NCBI GenBank assembly: GCA_016192845.1
Contig: JACPTI010000077.1
Span: 14,080 to 78,079 of the forward strand
Length of the DNA stretch: 64,000 nt
Reading direction: 5' to 3'
Source of the DNA: Acidobacteriota bacterium
Lineage (GTDB): Bacteria > Acidobacteriota > Vicinamibacteria > Vicinamibacterales > UBA2999
This document shows positions 1 to 10,100 of this stretch, piece by piece. Position 1 is the first letter of the stretch, and each line of letters opens with the position of its first letter. A program made the translations under genes and the position numbers. A model generated the notes under the pieces. That model was not told where the DNA came from and ran no database searches. It was given only the letters and a program-made list of their open reading frames with translations.

Positions 1-251
1 GCCACTCCCGGGCCTGCCGCCACAAGCGAACGCTGGGATTTGCAATCCGCCGCGACGAGGTGCGATTCGTGCGACGCTCAACCTCGCGGATCCCCAGAGC
101 CTTCTCGCGCGGTCAGGCACGCCACATCGGCCACCTCCATAGGGCGTCGCTACTCGACTCAAGCGAGCTTCGATGAGCTTCGGGTTTAGGAGCCGGTTTC
201 ACGTCTTTCCAGCGGTGAGGTCTTGAGGGCTACGTCGCCTCACTCCCCGCC

Positions 252-669
252 GTGTCGCCGCCGCGGCTGCGCCGCGACGCGAGCCGTCGAGACGCGCCGA
301 CCAGCGACAGGATGAAAGCGCGAGCAGGCTCTGGGAACCAGCCAAGGGCTCGCCCTTGATATCCCGATGCTGCGGAGCCTCGCCCTTGGCTGGTTGGCAG
401 TATCTGCTCGGCGCGCTCCGCGCGCCTCGGACCGCTATGCGGACCGGCAACGAGTACGAAATTCGCGTTTGGGGCCGCATAGCGGTCCACGGGGTTGAGC
501 CGCCTTCGAATCGCAGCTCGTTGTCAGGGATGTACGTACGCGGTCGCGACGTGCGAGCGACCGCCAGGCGGCGACCCCCGCGTCCAGCGGTCCGCCCCAG
601 CCCGCGCAGCGCTTTCCGGCGCGTCGAGCCGGCTTGCGAAGCGGCGCGCAGCCGCGGCGGCGCAGACAC
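252..669. repeat. Large imperfect inverted repeat enclosing tri-hairpin copy 1
   Basis: Perfect 17-bp core CGCCGCCGCGGCTGCGC (256-272) / GCGCAGCCGCGGCGGCG (646-662). Imperfect pairing extends over about 252-306 vs 610-669. Confidence 0.6.
335..488 (+). repeat. Tri-hairpin dispersed repeat, copy 1
   Basis: AACCAGCCAAGGGC..GCCCTTGGCTGGTT, then GGCAGTATCT, GGCGCGC-tcc-GCGCGCC, then GGACCGCTATGCGG (429-442)..CCGCATAGCGGTCC (475-488). Homologous to 24637-25013 and 41600-41739. Confidence 0.9.
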
Positions 670-701
670 AGCGAGCCGGGCTAAACAGGGGGCCGGTCGG
701 C

Positions 702-1994
702 CTACAGACGGAAGATGTGCGGCGCCTTGACGCCCTTCAGGGCGTTCCGGGTGTCGACGATGAGCGGGAACCGTTCCACCATCGCGCTGTAGCTGAACGC
801 GCGGTGGTTCGTGCAGATGACGGCGCAGTCTACGCCGTCAGTCCGGTCCTCGGGTACCGAACACAGGTTCAGCCCGCCGTGCTGCAGCTTCGGCACGTGC
901 GGGTCCGTGTAACTCAGCGCCGCGCCGCGGCGGTGCAGCAGCTCGAGAATGTCGAGCGCGGGTGACTCGCGGATGTCGCTGACGTCTTTCTTGTACGCGA
1001 CGCCGAACAGATGCACGCGCGAGCCGTTGATCGCCTTGCGCACGGTGTTCAGCGCCTCGCCGATTCGCTCCACGACGTAAGCCGGCATCGACGCGTTGAC
1101 GTGACCGGCCAGCTCGATGAAGCGGCATTCGAATCCGTTCTGCCGCGCCTTCCAGGACAGGTAATGGGGATCGATGGGAATGCAGTGCCCGCCCAGGCCC
1201 GGGCCGGGATAGAACGGCATGAAGCCGAACGGCTTCGTGCTGGCGGCGTCGATCACCTCCCACACGTCGATGTTCATGCGGTGGGACATCAGCGCAATCT
1301 CGTTCACGAGGCCGATGTTCACGGCGCGGAAGGTGTTCTCGAGCAGCTTCACCATCTCCGCCACCTGCGTCGAGCTGACGGCAACGACCGTCTCGATGAT
1401 CGCGCCGTACAGATCGCAGGCGAGCTCGGTGCTCAGCCGGTTCACACCGCCGATCACCTTCGGAATGGTGCGCGTCGTGTAGGTGGGGTTGCCGGGATCG
1501 ACGCGCTCGGGTGAAAACGCGAGGTAGAAGTCGACGCCGGCCTTGAGACCGCCCTCCTCGAGCGCCGGCTGGACCACCTCGTCGGTCGTGCCCGGATAGG
1601 TCGTCGACTCGAGGATGACGAGCTGCCCCGGCCTGAGATGCGTCTTCATGGCATCGACGGCCTGCACGACATACGACAGGTCCGGGTCCTTCGTCTTGCG
1701 CAGCGGCGTGGGCACGCAGATGTCGATCGTGTCCATGTCGCGGAGGTGCGACATGTCGGTCGTCGCCCGCAGCCGGCCCTCGCGCACCGAGGCGGCGATG
1801 TCATCGTCCCTGACGTCGAGAATGTAGCTGCGGCCCGCGTTGATGTCGTCGACCTTGGCCGCGTCGATGTCGAAGCCGGTCACGTCGAAGCCGCGTCTCG
1901 CGAACTCGGAGGCCAGCGGCAGCCCCACGTACCCGAGCCCGATGACGCCCACGCGGGCGGACCGATCGCGAATCTTGTCCTTCAGCGTCGTCAT
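702..1994 (-). CDS. Nucleotide-sugar dehydrogenase (UDP-GlcNAc/UDP-glucose 6-dehydrogenase, WbpA/WecC family)
   Basis: GLGYVG Rossmann motif, CVPTP, LESTTYPG, SPERVDPG, KLLEN, GPGLGGHC, YKKDVSDIRESP. Start set at MTTLK (1994). Confidence 0.92.
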   Translation of the reverse strand: MTTLKDKIRDRSARVGVIGLGYVGLPLASEFARRGFDVTGFDIDAAKVDDINAGRSYILDVRDDDIAASVREGRLRATTDMSHLRDMDTIDICVPTPLRKTKDPDLSYVVQAVDAMKTHLRPGQLVILESTTYPGTTDEVVQPALEEGGLKAGVDFYLAFSPERVDPGNPTYTTRTIPKVIGGVNRLSTELACDLYGAIIETVVAVSSTQVAEMVKLLENTFRAVNIGLVNEIALMSHRMNIDVWEVIDAASTKPFGFMPFYPGPGLGGHCIPIDPHYLSWKARQNGFECRFIELAGHVNASMPAYVVERIGEALNTVRKAINGSRVHLFGVAYKKDVSDIRESPALDILELLHRRGAALSYTDPHVPKLQHGGLNLCSVPEDRTDGVDCAVICTNHRAFSYSAMVERFPLIVDTRNALKGVKAPHIFRL

Positions 1995-2004
1995 GCCTGC
2001 CTGC

Positions 2005-3883
<1,879 letters not shown>

Positions 3884-3926
3884 TCGTGATTCGCGCGCGC
3901 CATCGTACCATTTTTGCGAGACCATC

Positions 3927-5030
3927 ATGGAGACATCCCGGATCGACATGGCCGTCATCGGCGCCGGCGTCGTCGGACTCGCGGCGGCGTGGGCCTTTGC
4001 GCGGCGCGGGCACAGCGTCTGCGTGCTCGAACGCGAGCCGCGCCCCGGGATGGCTACCAGCACGCACAACAGCCAGGTGATCCACGCGGGGATTCACTAC
4101 CCGCCCGGAACGCTGAAGGCGCGCTACTCGGTCGAGGGCGCGCGCATGCTGTACGAGTTCTGTGCCGCGCACGGTGTGCCGCACCGCCGCTGCGGCAAGC
4201 TCACCGTCGTGCAGGACGACCACGAGCTCGACGCGCTCGAGGCGCTCCGGGCGCGCGGCGAAGCGAACGGCGTCGAGGGGCTCCGCCTCGTCGATCGGGC
4301 GTTCGTTCGCGCGAGGGAGCCGCACATCCGCGCGCGGGCCGCGCTCTACTCCCCCAACACCGGCATCATCGAAGCGGAAGCGCTGGTGCGCGCGCTCGTG
4401 AAGCTGTGCGCCGCGCACGACGCCGCGATCCTGTCCGGCACGCCGCTCGTCGCCGCCGGCGCCACCCGCACGGTGCTCGAGCTGCGCACGCCGGCCGAGA
4501 CGATCGCGGCGCGCGTCGTCGTGAACGCGGCCGGACTCTACGCCGACGAGGTGTCCGCGATGCTCGGCGGCGAAGCGTTCCGCGTCTATCCGTGCCGCGG
4601 CGAGTACGCGGAGCTCGTCCCGTCCAAGCGCGGCCTCGTGAACGGCCCGGTTTATCCGCTGCCGCACGCCTCGGGCCATTCGCTCGGCGTGCACCTCACC
4701 AAGACCACGCACGGCAACGTGACGCTCGGCCCGACGTTCGGCTTCCAGGCGCGCAAAGACGACTACGAGGAGAACCGGCTGCCCGTGGAGTCGTTCCTCG
4801 AGCCGGCGCGGGAACTGCTGCCCGAGCTGCGGCTGGAAGACCTGCGTCTCGGCGGCAGCGGGATCCGGCCGAAGCTGCACCCGCCGGAGCAGTCGTTCGC
4901 GGATTTTCTGATCCGGCGCGATCGGCAGTGCCCGCGCCTCGTGCACGCCGCGGGAATCGAGTCGCCCGGCCTGACGGCCTGTCTCGCGATCGGCGAGGCG
5001 GTTGCGACCCTGGCTGCGGAAGTCCTGTAG
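3927..5030 (+). CDS. NAD(P)/FAD-dependent oxidoreductase (L-2-hydroxyglutarate oxidase LhgO-like)
   Basis: IGAGVVG FAD motif, [38 protein letters not shown]. Start at METSR. Confidence 0.88.
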   Translation: METSRIDMAVIGAGVVGLAAAWAFARRGHSVCVLEREPRPGMATSTHNSQVIHAGIHYPPGTLKARYSVEGARMLYEFCAAHGVPHRRCGKLTVVQDDHELDALEALRARGEANGVEGLRLVDRAFVRAREPHIRARAALYSPNTGIIEAEALVRALVKLCAAHDAAILSGTPLVAAGATRTVLELRTPAETIAARVVVNAAGLYADEVSAMLGGEAFRVYPCRGEYAELVPSKRGLVNGPVYPLPHASGHSLGVHLTKTTHGNVTLGPTFGFQARKDDYEENRLPVESFLEPARELLPELRLEDLRLGGSGIRPKLHPPEQSFADFLIRRDRQCPRLVHAAGIESPGLTACLAIGEAVATLAAEVL

Positions 5031-5135
5031 GGCTGTGGGCTGTGGGCTGTGGACTCAGGGCTGCGGGCGGGTTGCCACCGTCCGCCCAAAGCCCGAAGCC
5101 AGAAGCCAGGAGCCCAAAGCCTGAAGCCCACAGCC
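5031..5135. repeat. Heptamer tandem array with inverted arms (GGCTGTG)n / (AAGCCCA-like)n between convergent genes; may act as a terminator
   Basis: ggctgtg x3, central hairpin GGGCGG..CCGCCC, then aagcccg aagccag aagccag gagccca aagcctg aagccca cagcc. Confidence 0.85.
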
Positions 5136-5998
5136 TAGTGCCGGTGGTTTCGCAGACGCAGCCAGCACCGCGCCGACAGCAGCGCGCGCGCCAGCAGCCG
5201 GCGCGGCCACGAGTGCGCGGCGACGTGCGTCGCGTAGTACAGGTAGGCGCTCTCGTGGAAAGCCCGAATCGCCGCGGCCCGGGCGTTGCGGCTCGACTGG
5301 CCGACGCGATGGACCGCGGTGGCGCCGGGCACGTACCGGACTTCAAAGCCCTGGCTGCGCAGGCGGCGGCAGAGATCCGCGTCCTCCCAGTAGAGGAAGT
5401 AGCGCTCGTCGAACCCGTGCACGGCGTGCAGCGAGGCGCGGCGCGCCAGGATGCACGCGCCCGACAGCCAGTCGACCTTGACGCTCGTCTTCCCTTTCCG
5501 CACGGCCGCATCGCTGATCACGTTGCGCCTGGAGACCGGCAGGCCCGGCAGCGCGCGGCGCAGCAGCGTCGTGCGCCCGAAGAGGCCCGTGAACATGTCC
5601 GGGTCGCCGCGGGCGTTCCCCTGCTCCGACCCGTCGGGGTCGAGGATGCGCGGGCCGGTCATCGCGCACGTCTCCGAGCGCTCGAGCTCCCGCCGGAGCG
5701 ACGCGAACGCGCCCTCGATGAGCCGGCAGTCGGGATTCATGATCAGCACGAGCGGCCCCGACGTGGCCGCAAGCCCCTGGTTCACGCCCCGTGCGAATCC
5801 GACGTTCCGTTCGTTCCGGAGGAGCCGCACCCGCGGGCCGAACTCGCCGGCGATGTCGCCGCTGCCGTCGCAGGAGGCGTTGTCGACCACGACGGCTTCC
5901 CAGTCGGCGGGGCCGAACTCGCCGGCAATCGACTGCAGGGCGCGCCGGATCTCCATGCCGGCGTTGTAGTTGACCACGATGGCGCTGACGTCCGGCAC
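5135..5998 (-). CDS. Glycosyltransferase family 2 (rhamnosyltransferase-like)
   Basis: VSAIVVNYN, VVDNASCDGS, NVGFARGVN, MNPD, WLSGAC, FDERYFLYWEDADLC. GTG start at 5998. Confidence 0.9.
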   Translation of the reverse strand: MPDVSAIVVNYNAGMEIRRALQSIAGEFGPADWEAVVVDNASCDGSGDIAGEFGPRVRLLRNERNVGFARGVNQGLAATSGPLVLIMNPDCRLIEGAFASLRRELERSETCAMTGPRILDPDGSEQGNARGDPDMFTGLFGRTTLLRRALPGLPVSRRNVISDAAVRKGKTSVKVDWLSGACILARRASLHAVHGFDERYFLYWEDADLCRRLRSQGFEVRYVPGATAVHRVGQSSRNARAAAIRAFHESAYLYYATHVAAHSWPRRLLARALLSARCWLRLRNHRH

Positions 5999-6000
5999 GT

Positions 6001-7002
6001 CTACGACGCCCTCCGCGCCAGCCCCGCGTCGAAGCGCTTCTCGCGCGCTTTCGCCGCCAGCCAGCGCCGCTCGAGGTGCGCCTCGATCGCGCGCACGGGC
6101 ACGCGTCTCGTGCGCTGCACCGCGGCGCGCTTCCGCCACACCTGCGGCAGGCCGGCGACCGCCGCCGCCTTCGCTCTGAGAAACGTCCCGAGCAGGCCGA
6201 ACCGCGCGAAATGCGCCGCGCCCGCCGCGTTGTAGAGCAGGTGACCCGGGAGCGTCCGTGCGAGCAGCCCCGCGGGCGTGTTCTTCAGATAGAGCCACTC
6301 CAGGTTCCGCTGCCCGTGAAACACCGCGAACGCGCTCACCCGGCCGATCGTCGCGCTTCCATGATGCCGGACGAGGGCGTCGGCAACGTACCGGCAGCGG
6401 TACCCCCGGAGCCGGGCGCGATACGACAGATCGACGTCCTCGTGGGAGGCGAAGAAATCCTCGTCGAAACCGCCCAGCTCGTCGAACACCGCTTTCGAGA
6501 TCAGGCAGGCGGCACCACAGACGCCGAACACTTCTGCGGACTCGGCCGCAAGATGCGCGGGAGCGCCGTGATGGCGCTTGAACGCTCCGCCCCACCGGAA
6601 GAGCCCGTCGCCGGCGCTGTCGACAATCGCCGGATCGTGCATGTACACAATGCGCGAGGTGGCGAGGAGGAAACCGGTCTGCGGATCGATGCCGTCGCGC
6701 AGCGTCCGCAGCCACCGCGGGTCGGGGATGGTGTCGTTGTTGAGGAACGCCACGAAACGGCCACGGGCCTCCCGCGCCCCGGCGTTGTTGCCTCCGGCGA
6801 AGCCGCAGTTCTCCCGCAGCGCGACGATCCGGACGCGGGGAAACCGCGCGCGCACGAAGTCGACGGTCCCGTCGGTGGATGCGTTGTCCACGAGGATGAT
6901 CTCGGCGTCGATCCCCTCCTGGACCGCGACGGCCTCGAGGCACGGCTGGAGGTACTCCCGGCCGTTCCAGGTGGCGACGACCACCGACACTTCAGGCAAC
7001 AC
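6001..7002 (-). CDS. Glycosyltransferase family 2
   Basis: VSVVVATWNG, VDNASTDG, GFAGGNN, LNND, GGFDEDFFASHEDVDL. Confidence 0.9.
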   Translation of the reverse strand: MLPEVSVVVATWNGREYLQPCLEAVAVQEGIDAEIILVDNASTDGTVDFVRARFPRVRIVALRENCGFAGGNNAGAREARGRFVAFLNNDTIPDPRWLRTLRDGIDPQTGFLLATSRIVYMHDPAIVDSAGDGLFRWGGAFKRHHGAPAHLAAESAEVFGVCGAACLISKAVFDELGGFDEDFFASHEDVDLSYRARLRGYRCRYVADALVRHHGSATIGRVSAFAVFHGQRNLEWLYLKNTPAGLLARTLPGHLLYNAAGAAHFARFGLLGTFLRAKAAAVAGLPQVWRKRAAVQRTRRVPVRAIEAHLERRWLAAKAREKRFDAGLARRAS

Positions 7003-8134
7003 GGCGATACACGTCCAGGGTCATGCGAGCGGTGCGCGCCCAGGTGAACTGCGCCGCGCGGCGCAGCCCCGCCTCGCGCATCCGGACGCGCCGGGCGCCG
7101 TCGTTCACGATGTCGACGATCGCCCGCGTCCACGCGTCGCGCTCGACGGGATCGAGGAGCAGCCCCCCGTCGCCGACGACTTCCGGAATCGAGGCCGCGC
7201 GGGACGCGACGACCGGCGTCCCGCTCGCCATCGCTTCGAGCAGCGGCAGCCCGAACCCCTCGTAGAGCGACGGATACACGAGGGCGGTGGCGTGCCGGTA
7301 CAGCGCGCGGAGCTGCCGATCGCCGACGCTCGCGAGCGGCACGACCGCCTCCGGCGCGCCGGCCTGCGCTGCCAGCGCCCGCAACGCCCCGCCGGCGCCG
7401 CGGTCGGTGCCGACGAGCACGAGAGAGATCGCCGGGCGCGCCTCAGAGCGGCGGCGCGCCGCCAGCACCGCCTCGACCAGCATCGGGAGGTTGCGCCGTT
7501 CGTGCAGATCGCCGACGTGCAGCAGGAACGGCGCCATGACGCCCGCGGGGATCTCACCGGGCGGGCCGGGTTCGTCCGGCCGAAAGGTCTCGTCGACGCC
7601 CAGAGGCGCAACGGTGATCCGCTCCCGGGGGATGTGGTAAGCGGCCGAAATCTCTGACGCGGAAAACGCGGAGACGGTCAGGATATGCGAGGCCGCGTGC
7701 GCGCTGCGGCGGTAGAACGTACGGCGCATCCAGTCGCGGCGATAGGGATACCACTGCGGATGCAGCTCGTAGCTGACGTCATGGATCGTGAGCACGGTCG
7801 GGACGGGCGACCAGAACGGCGCCGTATAGGCCGGCGCGTGAATCACGTCGACAGCGGCGCGCCGTGCGGCGCGAGGAATGCCGACGAGGGTCCACCCGAG
7901 GTTGGTGGGGGGATGGGGCGGTTCGTCGACGTGGCCCGTCCCGGGCGGCAGCGCGCTCGAATCGCGCCCGCCGAGCGCCACCACGTCGATCGGCTCCCCG
8001 AGCGCGAGCAGCCCGCGCACCAGCCCGGCGACATACCGGCGGATGCCGGGCGCCGGCGAGGCGAAGGCGCGGCCGTCGATACCGACGCGGAGCCTGGCGC
8101 CGTCGCTTCGCGTCTTTACTCCCACGGGCCACAT
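6992..8134 (-). CDS. Glycosyltransferase family 4 (GT1 domain, mannosyl/rhamnosyltransferase-like)
   Basis: RVGIDGR, LTIHD, YPSLYEGFGLPLLEAMASG, FTW. Start uncertain (8134 or slightly downstream). Confidence 0.88.
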   Translation of the reverse strand: MWPVGVKTRSDGARLRVGIDGRAFASPAPGIRRYVAGLVRGLLALGEPIDVVALGGRDSSALPPGTGHVDEPPHPPTNLGWTLVGIPRAARRAAVDVIHAPAYTAPFWSPVPTVLTIHDVSYELHPQWYPYRRDWMRRTFYRRSAHAASHILTVSAFSASEISAAYHIPRERITVAPLGVDETFRPDEPGPPGEIPAGVMAPFLLHVGDLHERRNLPMLVEAVLAARRRSEARPAISLVLVGTDRGAGGALRALAAQAGAPEAVVPLASVGDRQLRALYRHATALVYPSLYEGFGLPLLEAMASGTPVVASRAASIPEVVGDGGLLLDPVERDAWTRAIVDIVNDGARRVRMREAGLRRAAQFTWARTARMTLDVYRRVA

Positions 8135-8139
8135 CGAGC

Positions 8140-8216
8140 GGGGCCCCCAGCGCGCACGCCTCCACCCCGCCGCGCAGGCGTGCGCGGCGGGGGCCCCGGT
8201 CCTGCGCGCTGGGGTG
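8140..8216. repeat. Nested GGGGCCCC..GGGGTG palindromic element (one copy inserted antisense in the loop of another)
   Basis: Outer GGGGCCCCCAGCGCGCA (8140-8156)..TGCGCGCTGGGGTG (8203-8216). Inner reverse-orientation copy at 8163-8197. Same family at 19948-20049. Confidence 0.85.
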
Positions 8217-8220
8217 CCAG

Positions 8221-8280
8221 ACACAGAGACACAGAGGACAATTCTATTTTCTTTTCCTCTGTGTCTCCGCGTCTCTGTGG
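8221..8280. repeat. CACAGAGA-type inverted repeat with AT-rich loop
   Basis: ACACAGAGACACAGAGGA..TCCTCTGTGTCTCCGCGTCTCTGTG. The loop contains a minus-strand TAGAAT (8241-8246). Confidence 0.7.
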
Positions 8281-8299
8281 CCCGTGGGAGCGACAGCGC

Positions 8300-10093
8300 C
8301 TACCGGATGTCCATGTACAGCCGCCGAACGGGCCGGTTCAGCCCGGCGCAGATCTCCCGAATCCGGTATTCGATGGTGCCGTTGATCGACGGGCTGCTGA
8401 GCACCACCTCGTCGATGGCGTACTTCCGGAGCATCTGCTCCAGCTCGTCGAGGGTGCCGCGCACCGGCACGCCCATGATCCACCGGTGCGCCTTCATCGG
8501 GTCGTCGTCGATGAAGGCGATGGGATTCATCTTCCACCTCGGGTTGGCGCGCATCTCGCGGACGAGCGTCTGGCCGAACGCGCCGGCGCCGTACACCAGC
8601 ACGCGCCGGTTCCGCTTGCTGCGTGTCGCCGCCACCAGGTTCATCGTCTTGAAGGAGGCGCGCGTGGCGACGATCGCGACCGCGAGCAGCAGCGCGTCGA
8701 GCACGAAGACCGCGCGGGAGAAGCCGACGAGGCGATAGAGGTAGGCCGCCGTCAGGACCGACAGGAGCGAGCCGAGTCCGACGCCGCGCAGCACGGCGGC
8801 CACGTCGCGAAGCCCGAACGTGAACCACGAGCGCTGATACAGCCCGGAGCCGTACAGCGCGGCCAGCTTGCACCCGAGCACGACGGGCAGCGATGACGTG
8901 AAGTACGGCAGAAAAATGTCGAGCGCCTCGCCCTCGAACCGGAGCCGGTACGCGAGGTAGTAGCAGACCGTGATCAAAACGAGATCGAGCAGCACCTCGG
9001 CGGCGTGCCACCGGAACGCCAGGTCCTTCAGAAACGGCGCGAACGACGACTTCTGCAGCGCCACGAAGTCTTCGGCGTTGTAGGCCGGTACGCGGGCCAG
9101 GTAGATGCCGATCAGGATGAGCACCACGCCAAAGGCGGCGACGAGCGGGAGCATCGGCTCCACGCCGCGGCCCAGTACGAGCACCCAGGCCGTCGTGCCA
9201 CCGGCAATGCCGACCAGGTAGAGAATCCTGACGGCGCTCCGCTCCGAGAATCCGAGCGACACGAGCCGGTGCGAGACGTGATCGGTGCCGCCTTTGGTCG
9301 CCTTGCGCCCGGCGAGCCGGCGCAGCACGAGCACGAATCCGGTGTCGAACAGCGGCACGACCAGAATCAGCACCACGATGACGGCCGGGCTGATGAAGGC
9401 GAGCGGGGCGTTGTAAATCGGCACGAGCGACGCGGCGCCGAGCAGGGCGCCGATGAAAAGGCTGCCGCAGTCGCCCATGAAGAGACGGGCGCGGCTGCGG
9501 TTCCAGTACAGGAAGCCCAGCAGCGCCCCGGCCAGCGCGGTCAGCAGCACGACCAGCGTCGGTCCCAGGATCCCCGCCAGCAGGGCGGCCAGAAACACGG
9601 CCGCAATCAGGCCGATGCCCGCCGCCAGCCCGTCCATGTTGTCGAGCAGGTTGAGCGCGTGGCAGATGCCCGCGAACCAGACGGTCGCAACCAGCGTGTA
9701 GACCGACGGCAGCGCACCCTCAGGGCCGAGGCCCGCCAGCGCAAAGACGAGGAAGGCACCGATCGCGAGCGATCCAACCAGCTTCGCCACCGGCGACAAC
9801 TGCAGGCGATCGTCCAGCACGCCGACGACGAACATCGCGAGCGCGGCGAGCGGGACGGCCAGCCACTGCTCCGCCGACAGCAGCAGGTCGGGGCGGAACA
9901 CGATGGCCGCAAAGCCGGCCATCGTCCCCGCCGCGATGGCGATCCCTCCCATCGTCGGCGTCGGGGACGAATGCCAGCGATCCGGCCGGGGCGGCACGAC
10001 CGCGCCGCGCGCCGCCGCCAGCCGGCGCACGAACGCGCCGCCGGCCAGGCTGCACGCAGTGGCGACGGCGAACACAACCGCCAGAAACACCAT
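8300..10093 (-). CDS. MraY/WecA-like polyprenyl-phosphate HexNAc-1-P transferase fused to a C-terminal TM + CoA-binding (Rossmann) domain
   Basis: PTPTMGG, GVLDD, NLLDNMDGL, FMGDCGS, DHVSHRL, many TM segments. C-terminus has LVYGAGAFG..FIDDDP..K..I.GVPVRG. Confidence 0.88.
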   Translation of the reverse strand: MVFLAVVFAVATACSLAGGAFVRRLAAARGAVVPPRPDRWHSSPTPTMGGIAIAAGTMAGFAAIVFRPDLLLSAEQWLAVPLAALAMFVVGVLDDRLQLSPVAKLVGSLAIGAFLVFALAGLGPEGALPSVYTLVATVWFAGICHALNLLDNMDGLAAGIGLIAAVFLAALLAGILGPTLVVLLTALAGALLGFLYWNRSRARLFMGDCGSLFIGALLGAASLVPIYNAPLAFISPAVIVVLILVVPLFDTGFVLVLRRLAGRKATKGGTDHVSHRLVSLGFSERSAVRILYLVGIAGGTTAWVLVLGRGVEPMLPLVAAFGVVLILIGIYLARVPAYNAEDFVALQKSSFAPFLKDLAFRWHAAEVLLDLVLITVCYYLAYRLRFEGEALDIFLPYFTSSLPVVLGCKLAALYGSGLYQRSWFTFGLRDVAAVLRGVGLGSLLSVLTAAYLYRLVGFSRAVFVLDALLLAVAIVATRASFKTMNLVAATRSKRNRRVLVYGAGAFGQTLVREMRANPRWKMNPIAFIDDDPMKAHRWIMGVPVRGTLDELEQMLRKYAIDEVVLSSPSINGTIEYRIREICAGLNRPVRRLYMDIR

Positions 10094-10100
10094 CACGTCC

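Noticed and set aside
30-60. GGATTTGCAATCC resembles a tRNA-Cys anticodon arm on the minus strand
   Set aside because: No T-loop (GGTTCGA), D-arm or acceptor stem around it.
199-730. Short ORFs 199-669, 230-490 and 356-730
   Set aside because: They translate repeat DNA (the same peptide pattern appears at 24864-25313 and before 41598) and show no protein motifs.
3914-6235. 773-aa plus-strand ORF
   Set aside because: R/A/P-rich shadow frame overlapping two motif-supported genes and running through a heptamer array.
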